DNA of 63,450 nucleotides from the NCBI GenBank assembly GCA_000320545.1, contig ADNK01001508.1:1-63450 (forward strand), read 5' to 3'. The translations under genes were made by a program, and so were the position numbers. The notes beneath the pieces are model-generated. The model made no database searches and was not told the DNA's origin. It saw only the letters and a program-made list of their open reading frames with translations. This document shows, in pieces, positions 38,721-51,439 of this stretch. How positions within the stretch are numbered: position 1 is the first letter of the stretch; every line of letters begins with the position of its first letter. This DNA comes from Bigelowiella natans CCMP2755. Its lineage: Eukaryota > Protista > Cercozoa.

Positions 38721-39133
38721 ACGCCACCGCACATTTCACAATAGTATAGCACTCTCAAGTTTTTGGACGCAACACCTAGATTTGAAGCCCCAAAATATGA
38801 AAACCGCGCGCTTCCTCCAAACTTAGCTTTATTGTGAATTGCACAACGATGTCCCCCGACGTCCCCGACGTCAATGAGGACCGAGCTCCGAGAAATGCAC
38901 ATCCGACAAGAAGAAAAAGAGTGAGGAATTGTGGCCTGCGACAACAGACTTTGTGCGTCGCAGGCATGTACAGCTCAATCAATGTTCTCACGGAAAGCGG
39001 GAGGTTTGTTTTATCAGCTGTCCTTGTGTCGAACAGTCATATTTTCAGACGCAGGTGAAAAAGGGAGGGCAAACTGTGATAAAGGAAGAAATTAAAAATA
39101 AATAATATCCAAAACCGCAAAGCAGGAGCACCC

Positions 39134-40309
39134 ATGCTCGGCCAGCCACCCCCTACAAGCAACACGAGGAGTCGTCGAGCAAGGTCGCAGCAGCCTGTGG
39201 ACACATCCACACTCACAGATGAGGAGTACCTTGCATACAAGGAGCGCCTCGAGAACTTTCAGGAAACATTGAGCCGCATGGGACAGCACCCAGGGAACAA
39301 AAGATGTGCGGACTGTCGTGAGCACAATCCTCGTTACATAGACGTGCAATGGGGAGTCTACCTTTGTCTTCTCTGTAGCGGAGCTCACCAAAAGGTTTTG
39401 GGCACTACCATAGTGACTATAGACACAACTGAAGTCGATGATCAATGGATCACAACGCTCGAGCAACGTGGCAACTCTAAAGTAAATGATGATCTAGAGG
39501 ACAAATTGGAAACTATTGAAAAGAGAAAGATGAGCTGGTCAATCACTAACCGTTCAAAGTTCGTAACTAAAAAATATGTTGAAGGTAAATGGATGAAAAA
39601 AGAGGGAGCAAAGATTGATCTCAAAGATCCCTCTCACGTTGTTTCCCCCCCAGAGGATGCAAACGATGGGAGGAAAAAAAAGAAAAAAAAGGATAAAAAA
39701 AGGAAAAAGAAGGACAAGAAGAAAAATAAAGAAGAATCCAATGCTGTCCAGATAATGCCCCCGCAAGAGGAGGTAAAAGGACAATCCAGTGCACCGTCAA
39801 AAACTGAAGTCAAGCAATCAGATGGTGGACTGACGAATTTATTTGACATCCTATCGATGGATGGTGGAAGTGATTCTAAGGCAGCCCCAAAGCCGGCTTC
39901 AGTCCCATCTCAACCACCACAATCAGATGCCAAGAAGATCATTGATGAGAACACTACAAATGATATAATGGCAATGTTCGAAAACCCTGCTCCCCAGCAG
40001 CAAACAGGATATGGAGCATATGGAGCTCAACCTAGGTATGGCTATGGTGTGCAACCAGCGACCTATGCAAATCCTTCTAGTCATCAAGCTCAGAACCCAT
40101 TCGCAATGTCGCAACAAGCAAGTTCTGGAAATCCATTTGCCCAGGCTAGTAGTGGTTATGCGCAACCCAATTTCGGATATGCTGCACAACCGATGAATCA
40201 AAATCAAATGCGGCAAATGCCACAACAAAACTCTGCTTTTCATCAGCAACAACAGGTACAACAACAGCAGAATCAACAGCAGAATACAGATATTATGAAT
40301 TTCTTCTAA
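39134..40309 (+). CDS. ArfGAP-domain protein (SMAP/AGFG-like architecture) with the Arg finger replaced by Gln
   Basis: Intronless 391 aa. The zinc finger HPGNKRCADC-x16-CLLCSGAHQ is followed by GNSKVN and FVTKKYVEGKW. The tail has a Lys-rich stretch, LTNLFDIL, two NPF motifs and Q-rich sequence. Confidence 0.9.
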   Translation: MLGQPPPTSNTRSRRARSQQPVDTSTLTDEEYLAYKERLENFQETLSRMGQHPGNKRCADCREHNPRYIDVQWGVYLCLLCSGAHQKVLGTTIVTIDTTEVDDQWITTLEQRGNSKVNDDLEDKLETIEKRKMSWSITNRSKFVTKKYVEGKWMKKEGAKIDLKDPSHVVSPPEDANDGRKKKKKKDKKRKKKDKKKNKEESNAVQIMPPQEEVKGQSSAPSKTEVKQSDGGLTNLFDILSMDGGSDSKAAPKPASVPSQPPQSDAKKIIDENTTNDIMAMFENPAPQQQTGYGAYGAQPRYGYGVQPATYANPSSHQAQNPFAMSQQASSGNPFAQASSGYAQPNFGYAAQPMNQNQMRQMPQQNSAFHQQQQVQQQQNQQQNTDIMNFF

Positions 40310-40329
40310 ATGTTCTAGTTGAAAATAGC

Positions 40330-41000
40330 AAGCTTACAATAGTGCTTATGAAGCGATGTATACGATATCTGAAATGATGCTATATGTTGTGCTCAGTAAG
40401 TTGATAGAGTAATGCCAAGGCATAATACGTAAATAAATACTGTGTGAGCGCATCTGTATGTAGTATTATGAAATATCTATTCATTCAGCGAGGTTCGAGA
40501 ACGCAAAGACACATTGAAAAAGCTCTCAAACTAGAAGAAGCATAATCTATCACTGTCGTTCATCTTGATAATAAGAGTGCCGACACGATGCGCGGACACG
40601 CTTAGTAACAAAGCATCATTTACAAAATTGCTTTGATAATGTTGATGCAAGCCGCACATACGACGTCATTGTTGCTGCGCATATGTAGTATATGTGCGCA
40701 AATAAACATAGAGTGTATAGCTAATCATAGGCACTGTCACTGTGCGTATTCTGTACCTACCTAATCGTAGACACCTTGCATACACATTTTGTATACACTG
40801 CTACGTACTGAATTATATATTTTACATACATACCAACACGTTGTGTGTTTTATATCACACACATGTGTATGTATGCATAGACATAGTATTTACAGACAGT
40901 GACTGCACGTAGCACAGATAACAAACATCTGGTTGCAAGGCACATCTCGCTTGTACACAACATGATAACATCGGCACCATATAATATGCATCACATTTGG
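40330..41000. other. RY-rich spacer between convergent genes
   Basis: Alternating purine-pyrimidine-rich sequence with no credible ORF. Confidence 0.5.
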
Positions 41001-41663
41001 CTTAATTATGGCCTGTTCATCAATACTAGATGTTTCCAAAACTGTTGCAATGTAGCTCATTCTATCATTCCAAAGAGACTCAATTAAAATGTTTCTCGAA
41101 GGCAATTTTTCATTAAATCGGTGGAGGTAGCGAGCTAGCGCTCAATCCTGTACACTCTAATAAGTCTGGGAAACAGTGTTCGTAGGAGCATGCACGACAT
41201 CGCTTCGACCATGGATTCGTGCAATTCCAATAGCATGAATGAATCGAGCAGGTCGCTAAAATAATATATTGGTCATCACTTCAAAATTAATGGTGGAAAT
41301 AAATTCTGTTTGTACTCAATTGTGCCCAACAAGTCGAACACGGTCCAGAAAGTTGCAGAGTCTGCTGGACGCACCGTGTAATATGCTCAGGGCCAAAGAT
41401 ATAATTCCCCCTTTAAACCATAACGGCACATTAGGCAAAAGACATAAATCCGAAAAGGACAGTACATAGCGCATCTCTGAACATCCATCTGAAGGGTATC
41501 AAAGCGTTCCCGAATAATTGCTCTGTCATGGCTATTATAGCATCCTAACAATTTAAAGATAAAACATTTATCGCTGTTCAAATAATCGTTGCAACCCACT
41601 TTTACTGATACTCTCAAGACCGTATCCATCGGCTTCCTGGGAGTGATATTGATCGGTTAGACT

Positions 41664-42128
41664 TCAATTTCGTACTAATTTGATGCATATTACGACCGAA
41701 CGGTCTTGAAGAAGAACCAGGCCCAGCCAGCCAGTCCCAATTATTACGAGGACAATGATGCAGAAGGCCCCATAATAAAGGTACCTTCTGGAAATTCCCA
41801 CCATCAAGGGAACACCGGTCTCTGCGCTCGGAAGCAAAGAGTCGACCTGAGTAATCTGGTTCGACACTGCGACATCGTCATGATCTTGTCGTAGGCATAA
41901 ATCATAGGTGATTCCTTCGTCATTTCCTTGTCGCAGGCATAAATCATAGGCAATTCCCTCGTCATATTCTTGTCGCAGGCATAAATCATAAACGATTCGA
42001 ATGGGTTCGGCCCTCGGGTGATTGACAAGGAAAGCGCTCACTATGGCAGCTTCTCCGAACACCTCCCTCCTCAAGCAGGTAACCAACGTGGGATTATGCG
42101 CCATAGTCAGACTGGGCGACTTATCCAA
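41664..42128 (-). CDS. Hypothetical membrane protein with 3 x 14-aa repeats (YDLCLRQxxDEGI)
   Basis: 154-aa ORF with a TM segment (YLYYGAFCIIVLVIIGTGWLGLVLL). It probably continues in downstream exons. Confidence 0.45.
   Translation of the reverse strand: MDKSPSLTMAHNPTLVTCLRREVFGEAAIVSAFLVNHPRAEPIRIVYDLCLRQEYDEGIAYDLCLRQGNDEGITYDLCLRQDHDDVAVSNQITQVDSLLPSAETGVPLMVGISRRYLYYGAFCIIVLVIIGTGWLGLVLLQDRSVVICIKLVRN
41875..41990. repeat. 42-bp tandem repeat, about 2.8 copies
   Basis: tcgtcat....cttgtcg(c/t)aggcataaatcata starts at 41875, 41917 and 41959. Confidence 0.9.
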
Positions 42129-42211
42129 CTCATTTTTAATATGTTATTGGATTAGGTTGAGAAGCTTGCGACAGAAACCGCTGAGTCTCAAAAGAGCCGG
42201 AGGTAGTAGCA

Positions 42212-43925
42212 ATGACTGGACAGTGGCAGCCACTTTCTAGGCATCATTCCCACATATACAACATTTATCTTCAGGATTTTATACTGTCCATGCTTCGAAC
42301 GAGAAAATCTCTACATCTACAAGCTGAAATCTAAGAATAAACTCATCGAGTAAATTGCCAAGGCGACCACATACATTAACATCGTCGGTAGCACGCATAG
42401 GCCTCGCCTGGGGAAAACCCTATCTTACTTTGAAGTGGTTGTTTGTGTAAGCTCAGTTCTAAGTGTTTGTGGTTCGTACAGTCGGCATTTCGAGTTTTAT
42501 GGTCTAGAAGACTTCCGATCCAAGGAGGTATGGTTACGAATGGCAAGCACCGGGAATGATTCACGTAGATTTCACCCGTCGTCAACCGCATAAATAGGAA
42601 TCGTTATTGGGGTCGCTCTCGAAAGAAGAAGCGAAAGAGTTGGAGAGCGCCTTACAGAAGGAGGTTTTTGGTGTAAAATATGCAGGCACTGATGCTGAAT
42701 GTGACCCGCAGCATCACCATAGGTTGAAGCACGAGCAAATCGCGCTTACGAATCGGGGTTGAGAAAGAGTATTATAATGGAAAAATACAAGGTATTAGCA
42801 AGGATTTCAAAACGATAATTGGATACTAATACCGTGTGTGCGACTTTGCTCTAATTGGCATTTATGCGTTTTTAGCGGGCAGACTCGGACGTGTATACCT
42901 TAAATCCCTCTGAGATGTTGTCACCGGACTTTCTTCGCATCGTCGAGAAAGCTAGGGCTGGGAAGGCTGATTCTGCACTTGAGAAGTCCACCACGGTACA
43001 TCCACAAATGACCAACATGCAACGCAAAATCCTGGAGCACGAACATATTAGGGGCGTCGAAGGCCAAGACGGCACATGAAAATCTCTCTTTGGTAACAAC
43101 CATTTGCTCAGATTGGTGATCGTAACGTCTACACATTTCCGTGCTTTCGACAGGAGTTTTGTAAAAGGCTGATAAAGGTGGATCATGAAGCTATTTTCTC
43201 TTCTACCCGAACCTAGACTTAAATCAAACGTTTTTGCTTACCAGGAATTGGAGAATATAAACAAATCGGGTGTTCAAAAGGTTTGATTTGAATGTCATCA
43301 TCAATGATGCGGACACTATTCGCTAACGTCAGCCACAGCAAAAAATACATCGATTTTTATCGTTAAGTAGTCCAGACCGAACTCGATGAACAACTACGGA
43401 CTGCTCTTAAATGAGGTACAGCATGGAATATGCAAATAGTAGTGTTGACATTATGAGACTGTATTACTGCTGGTTTTTCGTTCTTTCATCATCCATCAGT
43501 GGATGTGATGATTCGAACAAAAAAGTTTTTCTCGCGGTATAGTCCTAAAAGTCCTGAACAACCAAAAAGTGACCTACGGAATTGTGAGAAATCGGCGTCG
43601 CGTTGAACGAATGTCATCTTTTTTTATGCATTTGAAAATTTTGGATTGATATGTACGCTAACAATATTTGTCTATTGATATGATCAGATGGGTTTCACAG
43701 ACGCCTTCACCGATCCCTTGATGTTTAAGTAATCGCTTTATAGCCCCTTGCTGCAAGCTCCTCATTCCATATTTCCCCCATTTTTATCATGTTGCATGGC
43801 TTTTAGCGTTGCCGCACTGAGAATAATAGCACCGGTCTTGTTAGGTTCATTCAACCGATTGCAAAACTGGTAAGAAGAATTGTAGTAACGATTAGTAGTC
43901 ATGGTAATAATGGTAGTTGAGAAAT

Positions 43926-43964
<39 letters not shown>

Positions 43965-43968
43965 AAAA

Positions 43969-44040
<72 letters not shown>

Positions 44041-44882
44041 TCGAATATATGTACTCATCATTCCTGCGTTGCTATGTAACATGAAGAAGCATATTTTTTC
44101 CTCTAATACACCATTGGGGCCCTCTGTAGTAGGACATGTATTTATATTCAGGTGGTGCTGATGTGAGTCGTTGTTGCTTAATATGATGATGGTGATGATG
44201 ATGGTGATGATGATGATGATGATGATGATGATGGTGAAGCTTTATCCGGAGGCGGGAAAGGTTCTGACTAGTCACCGGGCTTTCACCGTAATTCACAGCA
44301 TTTGTCACCATAACAAAAATGATGATAATGACGACGATGACGATGATGATGATGACGACGACGACGATGATGATGATGATGATGATGACTGGACAGAAAG
44401 AGCAAAAGCACCAGAACCACCATAACTTCTCTAAAATGCAACATTTCTACCTGCATTTATGCTGAATCACGAAGCCGAAATAGTTCTACCCATGCTTTAT
44501 GTAAAAAAGCCATAATGTGCATGGGTTCTTCCATGTCTTACATCCTCTTAATATGGATTGTACACCGCGAGTACGGCGCATCGGCAAAAATAAGATACAA
44601 GAAATCAGAAAGGAACTAAAGCTTCTTCCCCCCTCCTCATCTTATATTCATCCGCCCTGTTTTCAGGTGGATTACGAGCGCGGAAAGGTTCGGCCCAGCT
44701 TGCGCTAGGGTTCCGTCGCTCTGATGCAAAAGCACATCGCTCGGTCTCTAATTCTTATGCTGTTCTTTTAACAACACGTTTTCTCTTTTGTTCAATTGTC
44801 AGGATACAGAGCTTAGAGAGCACTACGACGATGCAGAGGTCCTTACGAAAGTAGCAGCCGCATCATCATCATCATCATCATC

Positions 44883-44920
<38 letters not shown>

Positions 44921-45100
44921 CAGCAGGAGAACTAACAAGTCGGAATAGTAGCATATTTGGTAGTGCAACCCGCCAGCATTGGTTAATCTATAAGTGCATA
45001 GATCAACTCTCTTATTCTGCCCAGATTACGCTGAATGTGTGCCTCGGTACTGAGGATTTCAAAGGCGGTAAAGAAGATGTGTGTGTTTGTGTGTGTGTGT

Positions 45101-45154
<54 letters not shown>

Positions 45155-45262
45155 AGAGAGGGAGGGAAGAGTCTTCTTGTTTCCTTCCTTTTTGTGAGAT
45201 TCTCCCTCTGTGCTAAAAGAGCTTAATACATCGGCGAGGATTCCACGAATACATTTGCAAAT

Positions 45263-45298
<36 letters not shown>

Positions 45299-45545
45299 GT
45301 ATACCAGGGGACCTGATCTTCTTCGATGGTGTGAGAGGATTTAAAGCCAAAGAGGAAAGTTCTGTCAAAAAATATCTTCGGATTAAAGTCCGTGACAGAA
45401 ATCCCCCGCCTCCACCCCCCCCCCTCCCTCCCTGCGTGAGGCGGTGTACGTGAGTGAGGTTTACATAAATATATTCAAGTCTGAGAAGGTCTCTTCTCAC
45501 CCTACCCTCTCTTCCTTTCCCCAGCTTTCATTTTTTTTGCACAGA

Positions 45546-45609
<64 letters not shown>

Positions 45610-45998
45610 ATCGAATATCACTACGTTATGCAGCTCAGCGCAATAACTCTGTTTTATAAAATTCTTTAGCACAAGATTGGCAACGCTGTGATTCATTTGG
45701 GATCCGGAATACATCGGGCTCTTCACATCACCGGAGGGAGGCGGGTATAGACATTATGAGTAGCGACGTAGTTAGTGCTCTATGCGACGACTCTGCAACC
45801 CTTCTCATACAGTAACTTCTCATCACCGCGCAGGTAAACCTAATAGTTTGGTGCAGAAATCCAGTGTACAGAATACGGATGGGTTGTGCTCTCTGTAGAA
45901 GGACAGAAAGGCACACACTTGCATCACGAGCAGAGCCTGCCGATGCAACTGAAACGAAGAATCGGATCGAAAAGTTAACAGTAAAAGATTCGTCATAG
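42212..45998 (+). CDS. OGFOD2: 2-oxoglutarate/Fe(II) oxygenase OGFOD2 homolog (multi-exon)
   Basis: Exons read YCPCFERENLYI, PNSMNNYGLLLNE, LYPEAGKVLTSHRAFTV, ELREHYDDAE (HxD), ITLNVCLGTEDFKGG, GNAVIHLGSGIHRALHITGGRR and VNLIVWCRNPVYR..CALCRR. These match recalled OGFOD2/ICU11-family motifs. Confidence 0.85.
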
Positions 45999-46291
45999 AA
46001 CACGAACTACATTTATTGTGCCATATCATGCTTGCCATGGGCAACCTTAGCACCTCTAGACTTGCAAAGCGCGCATATATAGGGAGAAGCTACTCATAAT
46101 ATATCTCATGCTTTGTTTGTACTCAGACAAAACTGCTCCTGACACTTACACACGTGCCGCCACACGCGCGCACGCTTTAACCAAAACACACGTGTCACCA
46201 ATCTCAGGCAACACCAACGTACATGATGAGCGTACGATATACGTCGCAGCGATGAAGTTGCGCCGCTGTTTGCATAGCTTAGCAGATGGCG

Positions 46292-46627
46292 CTAATTGAA
46301 AGAGAATTGCATCATTGTTGATGATGACATGCCCGCTTCATCTTCACACTCACTGAACCACATCTTGAAAGGAAAACTCTCCTCGACAAATGATGCCATA
46401 GACACGTCGTGCCCTGCTACCCCCATTCTCCCTAGCAAGCCTTGTTCAGCACTATTAGAGATGATCTTGTATTGGGCTATCATACTCGCGGCTATACTTG
46501 CATTGGCTTGTGATATTAACAGCGGCAGCAGCAGGTACAGAACCTGAGGCCACAACAAAGCAGGGGTGTTTTCAGAATGTCCTCTACCTAAGGACGGAAC
46601 GTGACTATAGGAGATTACTCATCTTTC

Positions 46628-46676
<49 letters not shown>

Positions 46677-48613
46677 TTCATAGGAGCATGCAAATTTCAC
46701 AATCTCACCCTTACTTCTAGTCTTGATATCGCTGCTGCTGTGGTCGATGCGCCTGCTACTTCTCTTCTTTACATTCCCCCTCTCCACGCCGTGATGGCTT
46801 TTGCTAACGTTGTTGCCGGGCCCTGCTCCTCCTCTCCCTCCTCCTCCTCCTCCTCCTCCTCTTCCTCCTCCTCCTCCTCCTCTTCCTCCCCCTCTTTCTC
46901 TTCCTCCCCCGCCGCTACTACCGACTGCTGAATCAATAGCTGCCGCTGCAGCCTCCTCTGTGGTTAACCATCGATGATGGCGTGCTAATTGAAGCAGCGG
47001 CAGCCGAAAGAAGGAGACCTCCCCACCACCTCTACTGCTCCTGCCGTCATCGGCACTGGTAATACCATCTCTATTACGACTACTAGCAATGCTAGAGGCA
47101 TTGAGATTGCTCGTGTACTCCTCGACGCTTCTTTCTAGTTTCCTCAAATTCACGAAGGACCGCGACAGCTCGAATCTCGTTCTCTTCTGAACAACCCATT
47201 TCTGACCTTCCTTTCTCTCCTCCTCCTCCTCCTCCTCCTCCCCTCCCCCCCGCCCCCCTCTTGCTGCTCCTCTGATCAAGCTAGAGCTTGGGAAAGTGGG
47301 GATTCGCTTCCTACTTCTCTTGGAACCTCGGCCCCGCCCCCCCCTCGACGACGACGATGCTTTGGCCTCCGGGCTGTCGCCGCCATCGCCATCTGCGAGG
47401 CCGTCTCGCTAAAAATAATTCAGAATATCACAATTAGGAGGAGGGGGAGGTCACTGGGAGACATTTGCTTTCCACGGAGCTTGTGTTGGATCAGCAGCCA
47501 GACCATCATCCGCATGTTTGGCGAGTGTTAACCCAGTTGTGTGTTCCGAATCGAAGCAAACGCGCCGCAAGCTACTCCTTACTATTATTTAACACTGTCA
47601 AGATCTATTTTGTATCCCGGGGCTGCCGCAGCGCTAGCACTCCCGCGAAAAGGAAGAGATTGTTTTGGGCTTGGAAATAACCGGCCCCAGATCGCATATT
47701 TGTTGTTGTTGTTCAATTGTCTCTTCCTACACATCCAATAATACCCTCTGCTCGCCCTGCGCTTCCCCCATCTGCTTCCTCCTCGCTTGGAGAATCCATT
47801 GCCGCATGTCCGGAATGGCCTTTTCTCGCCGATGAGACCCCTGATGTTAAGAACAGCGCATGTGTTTTACCCTTTGTTAAAATAAGCTGGTAGCTAATAT
47901 ACCTGCAACAACAACAACAACTACTACTACTACCACTACTCCTGATTTTCTACTTCTGCTGCTAATACCGAGCAGTATCGGTTAACCCCCCTCAGAACTC
48001 CTCTGCTATCCTACCCACCACCGTCACTACCGGGGGCTTTCTCAGCTTGCTTAAAGGCAGTCGAAGCAGGTCCTCCGCAATGCTCATCCTGAAGTCGGAG
48101 AATCAGTGGAATTTCAGTTACATTGTTCACGGTCTCCTTTTTTCGCAAACAAGCGCTTTTAGTGCGTCATCGCACACCACGACCTACACACACACACGCG
48201 CGCGCGCGCGGGCATAGCACGTACGGCTCTCGTGTCGCTATGAATCACAGCGCAAAACCAATAAGCTGTTACTTGCTCGTGTAGCTGTCGGTGGGGAGCG
48301 CGCGGGACATGACCCTCGTGCGGCTGAATGGAGAATAAAGGTGCGAGAGGTGTGGGGAGGAGGAAGCTATGAGAGGTGAGAAGATAAAGAGAGCCATGAT
48401 GCTGCTAGTTGCGAGTGTACTACTGCAACAACGACTCGTGATGATGATTTCGATAGCGTTTTCTACCACTGGATTTATCACTACCCCATCTGCACTAGTC
48501 GCCAGCCGTGCCCGCTTGCCAGCGTATTGGTCATGAAACCCATCTTCTCCCAGAAATACACCGCATCAGGCGATGCACATGTCAGTGACAACTCGATGCC
48601 ATTCTGAGAGATA

Positions 48614-48651
<38 letters not shown>

Positions 48652-49289
48652 GCAGAATCAGACAAAAGAGGGGGAGGGGGGAGGGGGGAAGTTCAGCAAC
48701 AGGAGGCTGGGACAATCGGCTGAGAGTGATCTGGAGGAGGCTTCATAGTAGCACGAATGATGATGCAGCATATCTGCTTTTCTAACCGATATCACGAGAT
48801 CTTCGATCAGGTGCAACAGGAGGCGTCCAAATCTGACAACGAGTGACGACTCCATCAATCTCAACGATTAAGATTTGCATAATATGACCCAGAAGCACAG
48901 AGGATGAAGAGAAGAGAGGCGGTATGCGCTAATTGTGATTACTTTTTATTATCATCATTATTATTATTATTATCATTATTATTATTATTATTGTCATTAC
49001 CCCTTCCTCTGATGACTAGGGTTCGTCGCAACGAAAAGTAGCTCGAGCATCTTGACGATCGGGTGCACTCTCACGGTGGCACAAGCCACAGCTTGCTGTC
49101 CGTCCCCCGTCTGCATGCGAGACGACGTCCCGGCAAGAAGAGAAACCATAGAAACAATAGTCAATCACATGGTATTACATCGCAAGGTCAATAGATGCAC
49201 TAGACGGCTCTGAAAACCCAATATCTGTTCTCCTGTGGCACGGTGTAGCTCATCGTGCTTCAGCTTGGCTTTTAATTTCAGACCCCCCC

Positions 49290-49346
<57 letters not shown>

Positions 49347-50292
49347 TGTCGTTCCCATCAAGTAAGTACACTGCATACATGCTGTTGTGCTGTGTAGTGC
49401 CATCCATGCTGCTGTGGTATGCAACGACCCCACCTGGAGATATAGCACTACGGTTCTGAATGACCTAAAATCCAGCCTTGTGTTGCACTGGGAGTGCACC
49501 GCGGCCTAACAGGAGAGGACACGTGATGCGGTGAGGAGAGGGAGAGGGAGAGGGGGAGAGGTGCCATTGCTGCTGCCACCGACTTAATGTTTGTTCGTTA
49601 CGTTTTGAAAGGCCTTTGGTATGTTTGGAAAAGCAGAAGCATAGAGATCCGAGGCCTCCTTCAAGCTCTCCGAGGACAATCGTAGTTGCTCCTTAAAAAG
49701 AGAACGATTCATTCGTACATTACGCTGCAGGACGCAGCGCCATCCGCCGCCAGATATAGGAGGAAGCACATCTCATAATTTTGTTCTGATGCGCTCCCAG
49801 GAGAATATGCATGCATGCACGCAAACGCACACATATTCGGCGAGGGCGAGGGGAGGAGAGGGGAGGCGGGAGGCGAGGGGAAGAGAGGGGTGGGAACAAA
49901 CAACTCACATTAGTGATTTCATCCTTGTCGCTTCCTTCATCCTCTCTGCCCTTGGCTTCTTCATCAGGAAAGACCTGTCGCTTTCGTTTGGATCCTGCGT
50001 TACGCCTCAGCTGTGATGATGATGATGATGATAAGGAGGAGGAGGAGGACGCTTCTCCACGGCGATAAATACTGCTGCTACTGCTGGTATTGCAGCTGCT
50101 TGGCGGCGGATCTCGGGGCGCCCCCCCTCCCCTGAACGAGTCTATGCTTCCTCCCACGATGATGTAGCTCATAGGAAATGGGTCAAGGTGCCTTGGCTTG
50201 CACAGATAACGATCCAACGGTGATGATAACATTGCCTGTTGTTTGGCGATGGTAATGATGGTGGTGATGATGATAATGGTGATGAGAATGAC

Positions 50293-50327
<35 letters not shown>

Positions 50328-50650
50328 CAAGAGAACCCTTCGCTTTCGCATCTTCCTCCTTCCACTCGACTCGTTTTCCTTCTCCCCTTCCTTTCTCTCT
50401 GCCCCCCGCCCTGCCTTCTGGTTCTGGTTCCCATCTCCAATAGTGTCATCTCCTACGGAGCTCTCATCCCCGTCCTCGCTGCGAAATGTAGCAGTTTTCT
50501 TGGTGCTGTGTTTCCTCGATTTGTTACCAGCATGTTTGTCCTTTTTAAATTTCAATGTAATAAGAACACACTGCACGCGAAGAAGAAGGTGGCTGAGGTC
50601 CTCAGAATATCGCACAGGGCTTCGTAGTATCATTAAAAATAATATGCAAT

Positions 50651-50689
<39 letters not shown>

Positions 50690-51056
50690 GACAGACACAC
50701 ACCCGCTTTTTGGTAGCCTGGCCCTCGTAGTCGCCCCGTTTTAGCTCATGTTTTTTTAGAGATTTAGGGCAGTGCAATCGGTGTCCTCCCAACGCCTTTG
50801 GAGATAAGAATAATTAGAACTACTTTTTGTTGCCAGAATGCGTATAATAGCTACTGTAAGAATCAGAAGTGATCGGTCGACTCCGTTGTCGATAAAGTTG
50901 CACAGCATGCGAGTTTTTGTGATTCGATTCCAAACCAAAACAACTATCAGTATTTGTCCTGAGTGGCTTTATTAGCTCTATTGCGGGACGATGTATTGCA
51001 TTATGTTGTGTGTAGAGGAATAAAAATAAATAATCTATTTTTAATAAATTCTAATA

Positions 51057-51092
<36 letters not shown>

Positions 51093-51365
51093 AAATGCTG
51101 TTGAATTTTGTGCCTGCAGGTGGAATGTTGGTAGTACTTCAAATGAATCACAATGGAATCGACATCGATAATTATCGACACGAAACAAATGTATCAATAT
51201 TTTTAATTTAAAAAATACGATTTATGGATCACTATTGGAAATGATTTTGACCCGCTTGGTGGGAAAGCTTTTATCGCATATTTCGCAAGTAAAGAGCAGG
51301 TCCTTGTTGCTCCCCCCCTTCTGACGCCGCCGGCCACCCCTCTTCATAATGGGCGAAGCTATCAT
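46292..51365 (-). CDS. Multi-exon GNAT acetyltransferase with a C2H2-like zinc finger and low-complexity regions; 5' end may extend to about 52300
   Basis: Exons read FTCEICDKSFPTKR, EASDLYASAFP, LDFRSFRTVVL, AVACATVRVH..KMLELLFVATNPSHQRKG, FGRLLLHLIE and PDAVYFWEKMGF. These include the GNAT acetyl-CoA-binding motifs and resemble IDM1/GCN5-like proteins. Confidence 0.7.
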
Positions 51366-51393
51366 AATATTTAATGTGTTACACAAATAAACA

Positions 51394-51439
<46 letters not shown>

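Noticed and set aside
41875-41990. CRISPR-like repeat array
   Set aside because: The units are contiguous 42-bp in-frame coding repeats with only short variable patches. There are no unique spacers or cas genes, and the context is eukaryotic.
26660-45998. Functional cluster of three 2OG-Fe(II) oxygenase-fold genes
   Set aside because: They belong to different subfamilies and are interspersed with unrelated housekeeping genes. The superfamily is large, so chance proximity is likely.
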